This document shows, one piece after another, positions 38,793 to 49,616 of a stretch of 64,000 nt of DNA. Under the pieces are notes generated by a model. The model did not search any database. It was given only the letters and a program-made list of their open reading frames with translations, and had not been told where the DNA came from. The stretch lies in the NCBI GenBank assembly GCA_963804165.1, contig CAWDPO010000043.1, positions 288,001 to 352,000 on the forward strand, read 5' to 3'. This stretch comes from an uncultured delta proteobacterium (GTDB lineage Bacteria > Desulfobacterota > Binatia > UBA9968). The translations under genes were made by a program, and so were the position numbers. How positions within the stretch are numbered: position 1 is the stretch's first letter; every line of letters starts with the position of its first letter.

Positions 38793-39836
38793 ATGAAACC
38801 CATTTTCGCTCTTTTTGCCGCTATAGTTTTGTTGATTACGGAGGCGGCACACGCCGCCGACTCGAGACCCCGCGAGATGCTTAGATTGCGGCTTGGCCTT
38901 GGCTCGGCTCCGGCACCGCCGCTGCCCAATTCGGTGCTCTGGCTCGCCAAGGATTTGGGGTTCTACGCGCGCGAAGGACTGGATGTCGAATTGTTCGAGT
39001 TTCAGGGTACACCCCTGGCGATGGCGGCGATGATTTCTGGCGACGTGGATGTGGCCAATGTATCGACCTCGGAAGTCATTCGCATGAACGCGACCAAGGG
39101 CCAGCCGATGCGCGCTATACACTCGCCGGATGCTCGACTTTATTTTCTCATCGCAGCACGGGAGGAATTCAAGTCGGTCTCTGGCCTCCAAGGAAGAACT
39201 TTCGCAGTCTCGCGTATCGGCAGCGTCGATCACTCGCTTTCGACGATCGCGTTGAGAGCCCTTGGGCTTAATCCCGCGAGCTTGACTATGGTCGCCATGG
39301 GAATTCCGTCGACGCGTGCCCAGGCGCTGATCGCAGGGCGAGTCGATGCCACGTCGCTTTCCGTGGGCACATGGATTACGATTCAAAAAGACCCGGGCGT
39401 ACGCGTTTTGGTCGATCACAACACGTATTTCGAGAACGCCCCGGTAGTCGAAAAAGTGAATGCGGTCACGACGAAGACACTCGACGAAAAGCCTGAGCAA
39501 CTTCGACGTTTCACGAGCGCGATACTCAAGGCCAGCCGGCATTTCGCGGAAAATCAGGACGCCTGGGTGGCCGCCATAACTAAACGCCGCCCCGATGTCG
39601 ACCGCAACGACGTCGCTGGCCTCTGGACTGGATTTAAGAGCTCTTGGGCGGTAAATGGGTTGATGAATCTTGACGCGTACAAGAAAACCGCTGACTTTTT
39701 TTTTCAAGCGGGATTGTTGGATAAGGTTCCGAAAATCGAAGTCGCGGACTGGGCCGACACTCGAGTGGTCGACGGCGTGCTGAAGGAAATCGGCGCAAGT
39801 GCCAACGCCGACTCCATCGGCCGCGCGCTAAAATGA
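38793..39836 (+). CDS. ABC substrate-binding protein, NMT1/SsuA family
   Basis: Signal peptide MKPIFALFAAIVLL; LAKDLGFYAREGLDV. Confidence 0.88.
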   Translation: MKPIFALFAAIVLLITEAAHAADSRPREMLRLRLGLGSAPAPPLPNSVLWLAKDLGFYAREGLDVELFEFQGTPLAMAAMISGDVDVANVSTSEVIRMNATKGQPMRAIHSPDARLYFLIAAREEFKSVSGLQGRTFAVSRIGSVDHSLSTIALRALGLNPASLTMVAMGIPSTRAQALIAGRVDATSLSVGTWITIQKDPGVRVLVDHNTYFENAPVVEKVNAVTTKTLDEKPEQLRRFTSAILKASRHFAENQDAWVAAITKRRPDVDRNDVAGLWTGFKSSWAVNGLMNLDAYKKTADFFFQAGLLDKVPKIEVADWADTRVVDGVLKEIGASANADSIGRALK

Positions 39837-39903
39837 AGCGATATTGCACCAAACTTGAACAAAACTTTCGCTGTCTAAAACAAATCTTAGGGAGGGCAAA
39901 TTT

Positions 39904-40974
39904 ATGGCGATCGGATTATCTCATGGCGGCACGACGATCTATTCCTCACCGTCTTTCTCGAATGAAGTTTTGGTGGGAACTCGGGAAGGCGTCGTCACCC
40001 TTGCGCGCGACGGGTCGGATTGGAAAGTCATTCATCGCTCGATGACCGACAAGCATATCAGCGCAATCATCAAGGAACCGGAGAGCGGCTTGACCTTCGC
40101 CGGAGCTTTCCACGGCTCCGTGCACGCGAGCGCTGACGACGGCAAGAGCTGGGAATCGCGAGACAACGGCCTGACGCAAAGCGACGTGTATTCACTCGCC
40201 GCGCAGCGTATCAATGGCCGTGTGCGCCTATTTGCGGGAACGGAGCCGGCGCATCTTTTTATCAGCGACGATCTCGGCGCGAGCTGGACTGAGCTGCCGT
40301 CACTCCGATCCGTGCCGAGCGTGCCGAAGTGGAGTTTCCCCGCGCCGCCGCACATCGGACACGTGAAGCATATCAACTTCGATCCCGACCACCCGACTAC
40401 GATTTATGCATCCGTCGAGGTCGGCGGGTTGCTGCGCAGCACCGACGCGGGAGAGCACTGGGAAGAGTTCTCCGGGCTGTATGAAGACGTGCACCGGCTG
40501 ATGATCCATCCGCGCAATCCGAAATTTTTGTACGCCGTCACCGGGCGAGGACTGTACACCGGTCCGGACGCCGGGGCTCACTGGGACCAATGGACGCGCC
40601 GAGAGGATGAAATCGGCGGCTACCCGGACGGCTTCGTCTTTCGTCCCTCCGACCCAAAGGTCATGCTTATGACGGCGGCGCATGACGCCCCAGGGACCTG
40701 GCGCACGACTCATTTCGCCGGCGCGCGCATTTCGCGCAGCAAAGACGGCGGACGCACTTGGGAAATTTTGCGCAACGGTTTGCCCGACCGCTTGCAAGCC
40801 AGCATCGAGGCGTTTTGTCTTGAAGAAGCCGGCGAATCGGCTCAAGTATTTGCCGCAACCACTTCGGGCGACGTGTTTCGTTCCGAAGATATGGGCGATC
40901 ACTGGCAGAAAATCACCAGCGGTCTACCGGCGATCTCCAAGTCCGGTCACTACCGGAATCTCGTCGCCGCGTGA
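39904..40974 (+). CDS. BNR/Asp-box repeat beta-propeller protein
   Basis: SxDxGxxW repeats; WSFPAPPHIGHVK; paralog of 29625-30641. Confidence 0.85.
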   Translation: MAIGLSHGGTTIYSSPSFSNEVLVGTREGVVTLARDGSDWKVIHRSMTDKHISAIIKEPESGLTFAGAFHGSVHASADDGKSWESRDNGLTQSDVYSLAAQRINGRVRLFAGTEPAHLFISDDLGASWTELPSLRSVPSVPKWSFPAPPHIGHVKHINFDPDHPTTIYASVEVGGLLRSTDAGEHWEEFSGLYEDVHRLMIHPRNPKFLYAVTGRGLYTGPDAGAHWDQWTRREDEIGGYPDGFVFRPSDPKVMLMTAAHDAPGTWRTTHFAGARISRSKDGGRTWEILRNGLPDRLQASIEAFCLEEAGESAQVFAATTSGDVFRSEDMGDHWQKITSGLPAISKSGHYRNLVAA

Positions 40975-41142
40975 CTTCCACCCCGGCTGCGTCGGGTGAT
41001 AAATCGCCCGACGCGGCCAATTTTCGTCGACGCAGCCCCACCCTCATTCGTCATACTGTTCGCGCGTTGCGCCAAATTCAACCACCCTCGGTCGAGGCCC
41101 GGCGGTTTTGAAATTGTCGTCTGGAAGTCGACTGCCGACTCC

Positions 41143-41251
41143 GTCATTCCGGCGCATGCCGGAATCCAGGCAATTTCTGAACTCACGCCGAGAATCAAAC
41201 TGGATGCCGGCCGGAGTTTATCCTGAGACTTTCGAAGGAAACCGCCATGAC
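41143..41251. repeat. REP-like element (GTCATTCCGGC..GCCGGAATCCAG..CTGGATGCCGGC) with inserted GGAGTTTATCCTGAG module
   Basis: Hairpins visible; module at 41212-41238. Confidence 0.7.
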
Positions 41252-41377
41252 AAACTTTCGCTTCGACTGATGGCGAAGGATTTCAACCATCTCCGAGAGG
41301 GACATTTACCGCGCAACCCGTTAGAACACCGGCTGAGAATTGAAGCCCCAGAAATTTAGTGGTAGACGAAACCATCT

Positions 41378-43448
41378 ATGTCCAAGCACCGAGTTACCGT
41401 AGACACCGGGGGAACGTTTTCTGACTTTGTCTTTTTCAACGAAGACACGGGGGAAATCACGATTACAAAAGTCCCGTCGACACCGAAAGAACCGTTTCAG
41501 GCGGTGTTGAACGGCGTGAAAGAATTGATCGATCAAGGCGTGTCCGCCGGCGATATTTCGTTTTTTTGCCACGGCACGACCGTCGGCACCAACGCGCTCC
41601 TCGAAGAGAAAGGCGCCAGAACCGGACTCCTCGTCACCCAGGGTTTCCGCGGCATCTATGAAGTCATGGAGCAGACGCGCGGTTACGGCCCGGCGACTTA
41701 CGATCTTTTCTTCGAGAAGCCGCGCTTGCTCGCGCCGCCTTATCTCACCGAAGAGATTCCCGAGCGCGTCGATTTCCGCGGCAATGTGCTTAAACCGATC
41801 GACGTCGAAGCTGCGCGTGAAGCGGTTCGGCGCCTCAAGAAAAAAGGCGTGCAATCGGTGGCCGTCTGCTTTCTCTTTTCGTTTTTGAATCCGGCGCATG
41901 AGCTCAAGATCAAAGAGATCTTCGCGCGAGGAATTTCCCGAAGCGCGGCTGTCGCTTTCCTACGAAGTATTGCCGCAGATCCGCGAGTTCTATCGCCTGA
42001 GCACGACCGTCATCAACGCGTTACATCCAACCGGTCATGGCGAATTATCTAAGCCGTCTCGAAAGCCGCATGCGCGAGATCGGCGTGACCACGCCGAAGC
42101 TTTACATCATGCAATCCAACGGCGGCGTGTCGACGTTCAAAGGCTCCGGCGAAAAACCGGTTGCCACGGTTCTCTCCGGTCCCGCCGGCGGCGTCATCGC
42201 CTCCATGGGTACCTGCGAGCGGGTCGGCATCAACAACATCATCACCTTCGATATGGGCGGCACGAGCTGCGACGTTGCGCTGATCCATCAGGGCAATCCG
42301 GTGATCACCACCCAGGGCAAAATCAATATGCGTCCGATCGCGTTGCCGATGCTCGACATCCACACCGTCAGCGCCGGCGGCGGCACGATCGCGCGCATCG
42401 ACGCCGTCGGCGGATTGCAAGTCGGGCCCGACAGCGCCGGCGCAGATCCAGGGCCGGTTTCATACGACCGCGGCGGCGAAAACATCACGATCACCGACGC
42501 CAATATCGTCACCGGCGTTTTGGACCCGGATCATTTCCTCGGCGGCAGGATGAAGCTCAACAAGCCGAAAGCGGAAAAACTGCTCGAGGAAAAAATCGCC
42601 AAACCGCTCAAGCTCGACTTGCTCGAAGCCGCCGACGGCGTGCTGAAAATCATCAACGCCAAAATGGAGGAAGCGATCAAGGCGGTGTCATCGGCACGCG
42701 GCTACGATATCCGCGACTTCACGCTGGTCGCCTTCGGCGGCGGCGGACCGATGCACGCGGGACGAATGGCGCTCGACTTGGGGATTCCTTCCGTGCTGAT
42801 TCCGCTGACGCCGGGCGTTCATTCGGCGCTGGGCTTGTTAATGTCGGACGTCAAGCATGACTACGTGCGCTCGAAGCTCGTCGGTCTCGACGACCTGGAC
42901 TTAACTGACATCAATGATCTGTTCGATCAGCTGATCGAGCAGGCGAAAACCGAGTTGCATGACGAAGGTTTTAGCGACGACGAGATCAAGATCGAACCCT
43001 ATCTGGATCTGCGCTACGCCGGCCAGGGCTACGAGCTGACTGTTCCCTGCATCATGCCGCCGCTCAAAAAAGAAGATCTTAAAGTGATGCGCCGGCGCTT
43101 CGACACGATGCACGAGCAAAATTCCGGCCATAAAGCCGAAACCGAACCGGTCGAGCTTGTCAGTCTCCGGTTGATTTCCCTCGGGCTGGTGCCGCAGGCT
43201 AAACTTTCGCCGGGAAAAGTTACCGGCCGCAAAATCGAGCAGCCAAAACCGGCGAGCGCAAAGTTTTCTTCGGCAAAGAGCATGGCACGCTGACAACGCA
43301 GATTTACAATCGCGACCTCTTCGAACCAGGCCACAAGATCAGCGGTCCGGCGATCGTCGAACAATTGGACACGACCACGGTGATTCATCCCGAGCAGGAA
43401 GCGACCGTGGACGAATATCGAAATATCATCATTAAGGAGAAGGCATGA
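41378..43448 (+). CDS. hyuA: Hydantoinase/5-oxoprolinase A subunit (HyuA-like), about three frameshifts
   Basis: DTGGTFSD, HGTTVGTNA, SGPAGG, DMGGTSCD, SAGADPGP, FGGGG, RYAGQGYEL. Confidence 0.9.
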
Positions 43449-43548
43449 AGCGTAGGCAACAGGCAACAGGAACAATTGGAACGTGATGCTCTGTTCCAAA
43501 ACTCCAGACTGTTGCCTGACGTGCCAATCGATGCCTGAGGTTTATGCC

Positions 43549-45289
43549 ATGACAGTCGATCCCGTAACTCTACAAGTCATCCAAGCGCGTCTCGCCGGCA
43601 TCGTCCAGGAGATGCAGAACTCGCTGTTCCGCACCGGCTACTCGACGATCATCCGCGAGTCGCAGGACGCGAGCTGCGCGATTTTGAATCGCCAGGGCGA
43701 AGTCGTCGCCCAGCATGTCGTACTGCCGCTGCACATGGGCGCTTTCCCGGCTTGCGCCGCGGGTATTTTCAAAAATTACAGCGTCGACGAGGTGCACGAA
43801 GGCGACGCCTTCATCACCAATCATCCGTATCTCGGCGGCAGCCCGCACGCGCCGGACATGGCCGTGCTCTCGCCGATTTTTTTCCAAGGGGAATGGGTCG
43901 GCTTCGCCGCCAATCTGGCGCACAAGAGCGACATCGGCGGTCCGGTGCCGGGTAGTTGCTGGAGTCAGGCGCGGGAAATTTATCAGGAAGGTCTGCACGT
44001 GCCGCCGATCAAATACGTGCAGCGATATCAAACCAGTAAGGACATCGAAGCGCTGCTCGGCTGCAACAGCCGCACGCCGGAGCTCGTCGTCGGCGATCTG
44101 CGCGGCCAGGTCGGCGCAGCGCGCCTCGGCGAGAGACGCTTCCAGGAAATGATGGAGCGTTACGGCAAAGGAGACCATACTCAACTCATTCGACAGTTGT
44201 TCGCGTTGACCGAAGCCAAGGTGCGCACGGAGATCGCTTCTTGGCCCGACGGCGGCGGCGAAGGCGAACGCTTCGTCGACAGCGACGGCATCGATCTCGA
44301 CAAGCCGGTGCGCCTGCACGTGCGCATGGAGAAAAAAGGCGATCATCTGCTTTTCGATTTCACCGGCTGCGCCGATCAAACCAAAGGCCCGGCGAACATT
44401 CGTCCAACCATCGTGCGCGCGGCCTGCTGTTACCTGCTCACTTGCCTCGTCGATCCCGCGCTCGCGATCAATTACGGCTTGGCCAAGTGCATCGACATCA
44501 AGGTGCGCGAAGGCAGCGTGGTCAATCCGCGCTTTCCCGCGCCGGTGAATACCTACAACCCGACCGTGCACGCGCTGGTGGAATCGTTGCTCGAAGCATC
44601 GAGCCAAATCACGCCGCACAAGAAAGTCGGCGACGGCTGCAGCAGCCGCTCGATCATCATCGGCGGGCGCAGCAATAAGACCGGCAAGGGCTACGTGCAA
44701 TACGAGATCTTCGGCGGCGGCTCCGGCGGCACGGAGCGGCAAAGACGGCGTGTCGGGCACCAACGTGAATCAGTCCAATGCCAAGATCGCGCCGATCGAA
44801 ATCATCGAGTCGGAGTTTGCCACCCGCGTCAGGCGATTTGAGTTGATTGCCGACTCCGGCGGCCCTGGCCAGTTCCGCGGCGGCTTGGGCTTTGTGCGCG
44901 AGTACGAAGTCCTCGACAACGACGCGCGTTTTTCGCTGCGCTCGACCAAACACACGGTCGCGCCCAAAGGCATCGACGGCGGCATGGACGGCAAAACCGG
45001 CCACTGCACGTTAAATCCCGGCAAGCCCGAGGAACGAGTCATCCCGTCGCGCTTCTCCGATCACGTGCTTCATCCCGGCGAAGTTTTCAGCCTCGAAACT
45101 CCCGGCGGCGGCGGTTTGGGCGATGCGCTCGAGCGCGATCCCGAACGAGTCCTCAACGACGTGCGCAACGGCTACGTGACGCTGAAGAGAGCGCGCGAAG
45201 TCTACCGGGTCGCCATCGACGCGGTGGACGGCGATTTCGTGCTGAACGAAGCGCAGACGCGCGAATTGCGCACTCAAAGACAGGCATGA
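43549..45289 (+). CDS. hyuB: Hydantoinase B/oxoprolinase subunit, copy 1, frameshift near 44735
   Basis: YSTIIRESQD, HAPD, HKSDIGG, PIEIIE, DSGGPG.FRGG, TPGGGG. Confidence 0.9.
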
Positions 45290-45399
45290 GGCGCGAGGCT
45301 TGAGGCATGAGTAAGAATCGAGACCGGCTGCTGATCTTTTCTATACTGCTCGCCATATTCGTTGTATTTCCTCACGCCTCACGCCTGACGCCTCACGCC
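45281..45399. repeat. Inverted 7-mer tandem repeats (GAGGCnn / GCCTCAC) between the hyuB copies
   Basis: caggcat gaggcgc gaggctt gaggcat gag ... cctcac gcctcac gcctgac gcctcac gcc. Confidence 0.75.
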
Positions 45400-45403
45400 T
45401 TCC

Positions 45404-47149
45404 ATGTCCGTCGATCCCATCACCTTCAAGTCATCCAAGCCCGCCTGGCCGGTATCGTCCAGGAGATGCAAAACTCGCTCTTCCGCACGGGCTATTCGAC
45501 GATCATTCGAGAGTCGCAGGATGCCAGCTGCGCGATATCTGAATACCGACGGCGAAGTCGTCGCGCAGCACGTCGTGCTGCCGCTCCACATGGGCGCCTT
45601 TCCCGCCTGCGCCGCGGCGATACTCAAGAGCTTTCCGCCGAGTGAAATTCATGAAGGCGACGCCTTCATTATCAACCATCCTTATCTCGGCGGCAGCCCG
45701 CACGCGCCCGACATGGGCGTGCTGACGCCGATCTTTCTACCAGCGCGAATGGGTCGGCTTTGCCGCCAACATGGCGCACAAGAGCGATATCGGCGGCACT
45801 GTGCCGGGCAGCGGTTCCGGCAACGCGCGAGAAATTTACCAGGAAGGGCTCCATCTGCCGCCGGTCAAATTCATGTCCCGGCTGCCAGCCGGTAAAAGAA
45901 ATCGATGCGGTGATCACCGCCAATAGCCGCACGCCGGCGCTGGTGATCGGCGATCTGCGCGGCCAGGTCGGCGCCGCGCGCTTGGGCGAACGGCGAATTG
46001 CCGAGCTGATGGATCGCTACGGCAAGGCCACGGTGCTGGAATCCACTGAGCTATTGTCGGCTTACACCGAAAACCGCGTGCGTCAGGCGATCGCCTCCTG
46101 GCCCGACGGCGAATCCGAAGGCGAGAGCTTCGTCGATCACGACGGCATCGACCTGACGAGGCCGATTCGAATCCATGTAAAAGTTAAAAAACTCGGCGAC
46201 AAACTCCACTTCGATTTTAGCGCTAGCAGCGATCAAACCCAGGGACCGGCGAATATTCGCCCGCCGCTGGTGCGCGCCGCCTGCGCTTACTGCCTGGTCG
46301 CGCTGGTCGATCGCTTTCTGCCGATCAACCAAGGCCTCGCCCGCGATGATCGACGCCACTTTTCGCCAGGGCAGCGTCGTCGATCCGCGTTTCCCGGCGG
46401 CGGTAAATACCTATATGCCGACGGCGCTCACTGTCGCGGAAGCAGTCCTGAGGGCGCTCGCCCCGTTCGTTCCGGAAAAGCGTATCTCCGGCGGCTCGGG
46501 CAGCGCCGCATTGGTACTCGGCGGACGCGACGCCCGGAGCGACCGCGCTTTCGTGCACTACGAAATTTTCAGCGGCGGCACCGGCGCGCGATCCGGTAAA
46601 GACGGCGTCTCGGCGACCGCGTTCCATCTGAGTAATTGCAAGACCGCGCCGATAGAGATCATCGAGTCGGAATTTCCGGCGCGCGTCGAGCGCTTCGAAA
46701 TGATCCCGGACTCCGGCGGCGCCGGCGAATGGCGCGGCGGCTTGGGTTTCGCGCGGGATTATCGCATTCTCGCCGACGACGTGCGTTTTTCCTTGCGCAC
46801 CGACAAGCATGCCGTCGAGCCCTTCGGCAGCTGATCGATGGCCTGCCGGGCGGCAAAGGCGCATTGTATCATCAATCCCGGAAACCAAGGAGCAAAAACA
46901 CCTGCCGTCGCGTTTCGGCGACCACCGCCTGCGCGCGAACGACATCGTCCGCGTCGAGCGCCCCGGTGGCGGCGGGCTTGGCAATCCGCACGCGTGCGTC
47001 CGGTCGAGAGCGTGCTCGAGGACGTGCGCCAAGGCTATGTTTCCGCCGCGCGGGCGCGGTCCGATTACGGGGTCGCAGTCCGGGACGCTCGACGGCGGAA
47101 CCCGAGGTCGACGAGGCCGAAACTCAAGTTTTACGAGGAAAAAAGTTAA
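45404..47149 (+). CDS. hyuB: Hydantoinase B/oxoprolinase subunit, copy 2, many frameshifts
   Basis: Same motif order as copy 1 (MSVDPIT, HAPD, HKSDIGG, PIEIIE, RPGGGG) across several frames. Confidence 0.8.
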
Positions 47150-47224
47150 AAAAACGTTGGCAATAGACTCGTGCCTCTGCTATACCGATACCTAAATAAT
47201 TTTATTCCTGAAGGAGGAAAACGA

Positions 47225-47497
47225 ATGGCAGCAGCAAAAAAGAAACGCAAACCGAATGCGGCGTTCATGAAACCGGTTCAGCCGGACACCGCGCTCAGCG
47301 CCGTGGTCGGTAACAAACCGATCCCGCGCACTGAGGTGACGAAAAAACTGTGGGCCTATATCAAAAAGAACAGCCTCCAGGACAAGAAAAAAAGAACCAA
47401 CATCAACGCCGATGACAAGCTGAAAGTCGTGTTCGGCGGCAAGAAAACCGTCACGATGTTCGAGATGACCAAGCTGGTCAGCAGACACGTAAAGTAA
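47225..47497 (+). CDS. Stand-alone SWIB/MDM2 domain protein
   Basis: PRTEVTKKLWAYIKKNSLQD..INADDKLKVVF..MFEMTKLVSRH; strong AGGAGG RBS. Confidence 0.93.
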   Translation: MAAAKKKRKPNAAFMKPVQPDTALSAVVGNKPIPRTEVTKKLWAYIKKNSLQDKKKRTNINADDKLKVVFGGKKTVTMFEMTKLVSRHVK

Positions 47498-47522
47498 AAC
47501 TCGCCCCTCTAAACGATTTTCC

Positions 47523-47568
47523 AAGGCCAAGGGTACCGTGGCGCGGGTGCTCTTGGCCTTTGTGTTTT
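47523..47568 (+). terminator. Probable intrinsic terminator
   Basis: aaggccaagggtacc..ggtgctcttggcctt stem followed by a T-rich tract. Confidence 0.65.
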
Positions 47569-47673
47569 AAGCATGGCATCCCTGTGAGTAAAGCGCCGTT
47601 GACATGCAAACGAGCCTTCCACTACTGTCGTTTCGTCGGACATTTTGTGGCTCTCGGACGAGGACAACCACCG

Positions 47674-48534
47674 ATGAATGATATCGCGTACAAAGGATTC
47701 CGCCAGGACGAATTGGAGTATCAATACAACCCGCGCGTTTCCGTGCCCGAGTATCCCGAACATGCTAAGGTGAGAGCGGCGCAAGCGCGCAAAGTGCGCG
47801 AGAGCGCGAAGTCGTGGCTCAATGTCGCCTACGGCAGCTCACCCCGCGAGCTCCTCGATATTTACGCGGCGGATAAAGCGGGCGGGCCGGTGCTCGTCTA
47901 CATCCATGGCGGTTACTGGCGCAGCGGCACCAAGGAAGATAATTGCAATTTTGTGCCGACGTTCACCAAGCGCGGTGCCACCGTCGTGCTGGTCGAATAC
48001 GATCTCTGTCCCAAGGTCGCCGTCACCGACATAGTTCGTCAGACGCGTGCAGCCATCGGCTGGACGCATAGGAACATTATCCGCTACGGCGGTGACCCGT
48101 CGAAGTTGTTTGTCGCCGGCCATTCGGCCGGCGGCCATCTAACCGCCATGGCGCTGGCGCACGACTGGGAAAAGGACGGCTTACCGAGCCCTTTGATCAA
48201 AGGCGCGGTCGTTACTTCGGGCGTCTACGATCTCGAAATGGTCATGAAGATCAGCGTGCAGGAGCAGGTGCAGATGACGCCGGACATCGCGAGACAGAAT
48301 AGTCCATTGCTGCACCCGCCGCGCGTGAAGTGCCCGCTAGTTATCGCCGTCGGCGGCGCCGAACCCAAGGGCTGGCAACAGATGTCGGAAGATTATTTCC
48401 AGTTCTGCAGGCAGCACGACGTGAATGTCACCTATCTCGTCGAACCCGAAGCAAACCACTACACCATGACGGAGCGGTTACTCGACGCTAGCCGTCCGGT
48501 AACACAAGCCATCCTAAATCAACTGGGAATCTGA
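47674..48534 (+). CDS. Alpha/beta hydrolase, arylformamidase (kynurenine formamidase, HSL-type)-like
   Basis: YIHGGYW, GHSAGGHL, SGVYDL, NH. Confidence 0.85.
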   Translation: MNDIAYKGFRQDELEYQYNPRVSVPEYPEHAKVRAAQARKVRESAKSWLNVAYGSSPRELLDIYAADKAGGPVLVYIHGGYWRSGTKEDNCNFVPTFTKRGATVVLVEYDLCPKVAVTDIVRQTRAAIGWTHRNIIRYGGDPSKLFVAGHSAGGHLTAMALAHDWEKDGLPSPLIKGAVVTSGVYDLEMVMKISVQEQVQMTPDIARQNSPLLHPPRVKCPLVIAVGGAEPKGWQQMSEDYFQFCRQHDVNVTYLVEPEANHYTMTERLLDASRPVTQAILNQLGI

Positions 48535-48542
48535 GGCGCTCC

Positions 48543-48579
48543 AAAAAAACAACGCCCACGGCAAGTCGCTGTGGGCGTT
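48543..48579. terminator. Hairpin terminator between convergent genes
   Basis: A-tract plus aacgcccac..gtgggcgtt stem. Confidence 0.65.
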
Positions 48580-48625
48580 ACGATGGACTTAACTGCCAAG
48601 TAATTTGCGTTATTCGAAAAATATC

Positions 48626-49318
48626 TTAGAACCGGTACGTGATCTTTGCTCGAACCACATGCGATGTGTCGTCGAAAGTCGTCGAAGAAGATGGAAAAAA
48701 AAGCGGGATGATCACTTGGGCCGGAAAACTTAGTTTTGTATCCCCAAAACTCATGTACAGATATTCTATTCCAGCGGTCAACTTACTAGCGACTCCATAC
48801 TCCATTCCACCGCCAACCGTCCAGCCAGCGTCGACTTCAGACTTTGATTTTGACCGACTCGCCACCCCGGGGCGCGTCTCCGCGAGCTTATGCTCTAAAT
48901 TCCCGTAGGCGAGACCTGCCGTGCCGTAGAACAAAAATTGATTAATGGCGAACCCGAAACGCGGTCGAAAAGTTCCCACCCAATTTTGTTCGACTTCGTG
49001 GGGCGCGAAATCGACGCCGTTCGCGAACGCAAACATCTTTTTTCTGGTACCGTGCCGCCACGCCATGTCGGCTTCAAGTCCAGCAAAGATGAAGTCGCTT
49101 TGGATTCCGTAGCCGAGGTGCCCACCGCCAATAAAACTGTCTGGATCAAAACCGTTAATCGTCGCCGCGCCGAGAGCGTAACGCGCACTCGTTTTGCCCC
49201 ACGATCCGCCCGCATTGAGACCGGCGCACGCTCCCGACCAATCATAGGTTTGCGCTCGTGACACGCCGAGCAGGCAAATCGCGATCAACGGCGCAACTAC
49301 GGTAACCGCGATTACCAA
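48626..49318 (-). CDS. Outer-membrane beta-barrel protein, Omp25/Omp31/RopB-like
   Basis: YDWSG..AGLNAGG, FIGGGHLGY, LFYGTAGLAYG, GWTVGGGMEY, EYLY, terminal YRF. Confidence 0.85.
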   Translation of the reverse strand: MVIAVTVVAPLIAICLLGVSRAQTYDWSGACAGLNAGGSWGKTSARYALGAATINGFDPDSFIGGGHLGYGIQSDFIFAGLEADMAWRHGTRKKMFAFANGVDFAPHEVEQNWVGTFRPRFGFAINQFLFYGTAGLAYGNLEHKLAETRPGVASRSKSKSEVDAGWTVGGGMEYGVASKLTAGIEYLYMSFGDTKLSFPAQVIIPLFFPSSSTTFDDTSHVVRAKITYRF

Positions 49319-49616
49319 TTTGGTCTTATGTCAGAACCCTCGTTACTCTAATATTTCCAATCTTTGCTTGGCTTCCGTATTCCATTCCCAGAGCCCAAAA
49401 AGCGGGCGAGTTCGCGTAAAGACTCCAACACGAGCCATATTGTTACCAGAACCTCAACGACCTGTCTATAAAAAATGCCCCGGGATTCCGTGAATTTCGC
49501 TCACAGAGGAGGCCGATTGGAGGCGACACTCGGGCGGGCTATTCCGTGGCTGCTTGGAAGTTGAATAGGTTTATCGCCGTTTGATAGGAGTGCGTGATCG
49601 CGATTTGGAGCAAACT

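Noticed and set aside
34224-44763. Antisense ORFs of 316-397 aa over the Rieske, binding-protein and hyuB genes
   Set aside because: Shadow ORFs; the opposite strand carries clear family motifs
43549-47149. hyuB duplication as an assembly artefact
   Set aside because: The copies differ throughout at synonymous and amino-acid level, so they are real paralogs
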